A stretch of DNA of 14,800 bases. Source: Thermoproteota archaeon (lineage in GTDB: Archaea > Korarchaeota > Korarchaeia > Korarchaeales > Korarchaeaceae). A program made the position numbers and the translations under genes. The notes below the pieces were generated by a model. The model did no database searches. It was not told the origin of the DNA and worked only from the letters and a program-made list of their open reading frames with translations. Positions 14,488-14,800 of this stretch are shown here, piece after piece; position 1 is the stretch's first letter, and each line of letters opens with the position of its first letter. The DNA lies in NCBI GenBank assembly GCA_027491395.1, contig JAOZFI010000026.1, forward strand, positions 1 to 14,800, written 5' to 3'.

Positions 14488-14800
14488 TCACAAGTTGAGT
14501 TTCCATAGGACACCGCTCTCGCTGGCCTCGGCCGAGACCTTCCCCTCCTCGTAAAGCCTAGCTAGGAGGGACCTAATAGTGACGGCGCTGAGGATGATCG
14601 AGCTCACCGTGACCTTGCCTCCCCCGCCCTTCAGGAGTCTGGAGGTCAACTCTTCGACAGTCATGGACTTGGGGGACAGCTCGGTCATGACCTTATCAGG
14701 AAGCTCCTCCATCACCTCTATGTTGAAGTCCAATAGCTCTTCCGCCCTCCTACCCTCCACGACCGGACCGTGGGAGGGAACGAGCTTGCGGAAATCTCTC
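14488..14800 (-). CDS. C-terminal part of a metallo-beta-lactamase-fold hydrolase with a winged-helix tail; 5' end outside the window
   Basis: The frame is open to the window edge: RDFRKLVPSHGPVVEGRRAEELLDFNIE...TVEEL...IRSLLARLYEEGKV...VLW. PSHG is the last conserved MBL motif. Confidence 0.75.
   Translation of the reverse strand, partial: RDFRKLVPSHGPVVEGRRAEELLDFNIEVMEELPDKVMTELSPKSMTVEELTSRLLKGGGGKVTVSSIILSAVTIRSLLARLYEEGKVSAEASESGVLWKLNL

Overview
Archaeal DNA, judged from TATA/BRE-like promoters about 25 bp upstream of often leaderless GTG/TTG/ATG starts, GGAGGTGA/GGTGA ribosome-binding sites and AGG/ATA-rich codon usage. It looks thermophilic (Korarchaeota/Thermoproteota-like), which is inference. 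Left to right: two tandem ACT+V4R sensor paralogues (the first truncated by the window edge and missed by the ORF track); a divergent ~600-aa DUF505-like protein built of tandem winged helices, with a structured 5' leader; an island of three toxin-antitoxin modules (HEPN-MNT, vapBC, MNT-HEPN) with signs of decay; and a nickel-pincer nucleotide (NPN) cofactor cluster (larE, larB, larC, nikR) with a complete fixC-fixX-fixA-fixB (EtfABCX-type) operon lying between larE and larB and no larA in the window. After that come a DNPH1/Rcl-like nucleotide N-hydrolase, an exact 30-bp direct repeat pair with a 36-bp spacer, and the 3' end of a metallo-beta-lactamase-fold gene. The most interesting points are the larBCE/nikR + EtfABCX + N-hydrolase association without a visible NPN client enzyme, the orphan CRISPR-like repeat-spacer-repeat that is also an in-frame peptide repeat, candidate structured RNAs in three intergenic regions, and the complementary inactivation pattern of the two HEPN/MNT modules. 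All family assignments come from motif recognition, not database searches.
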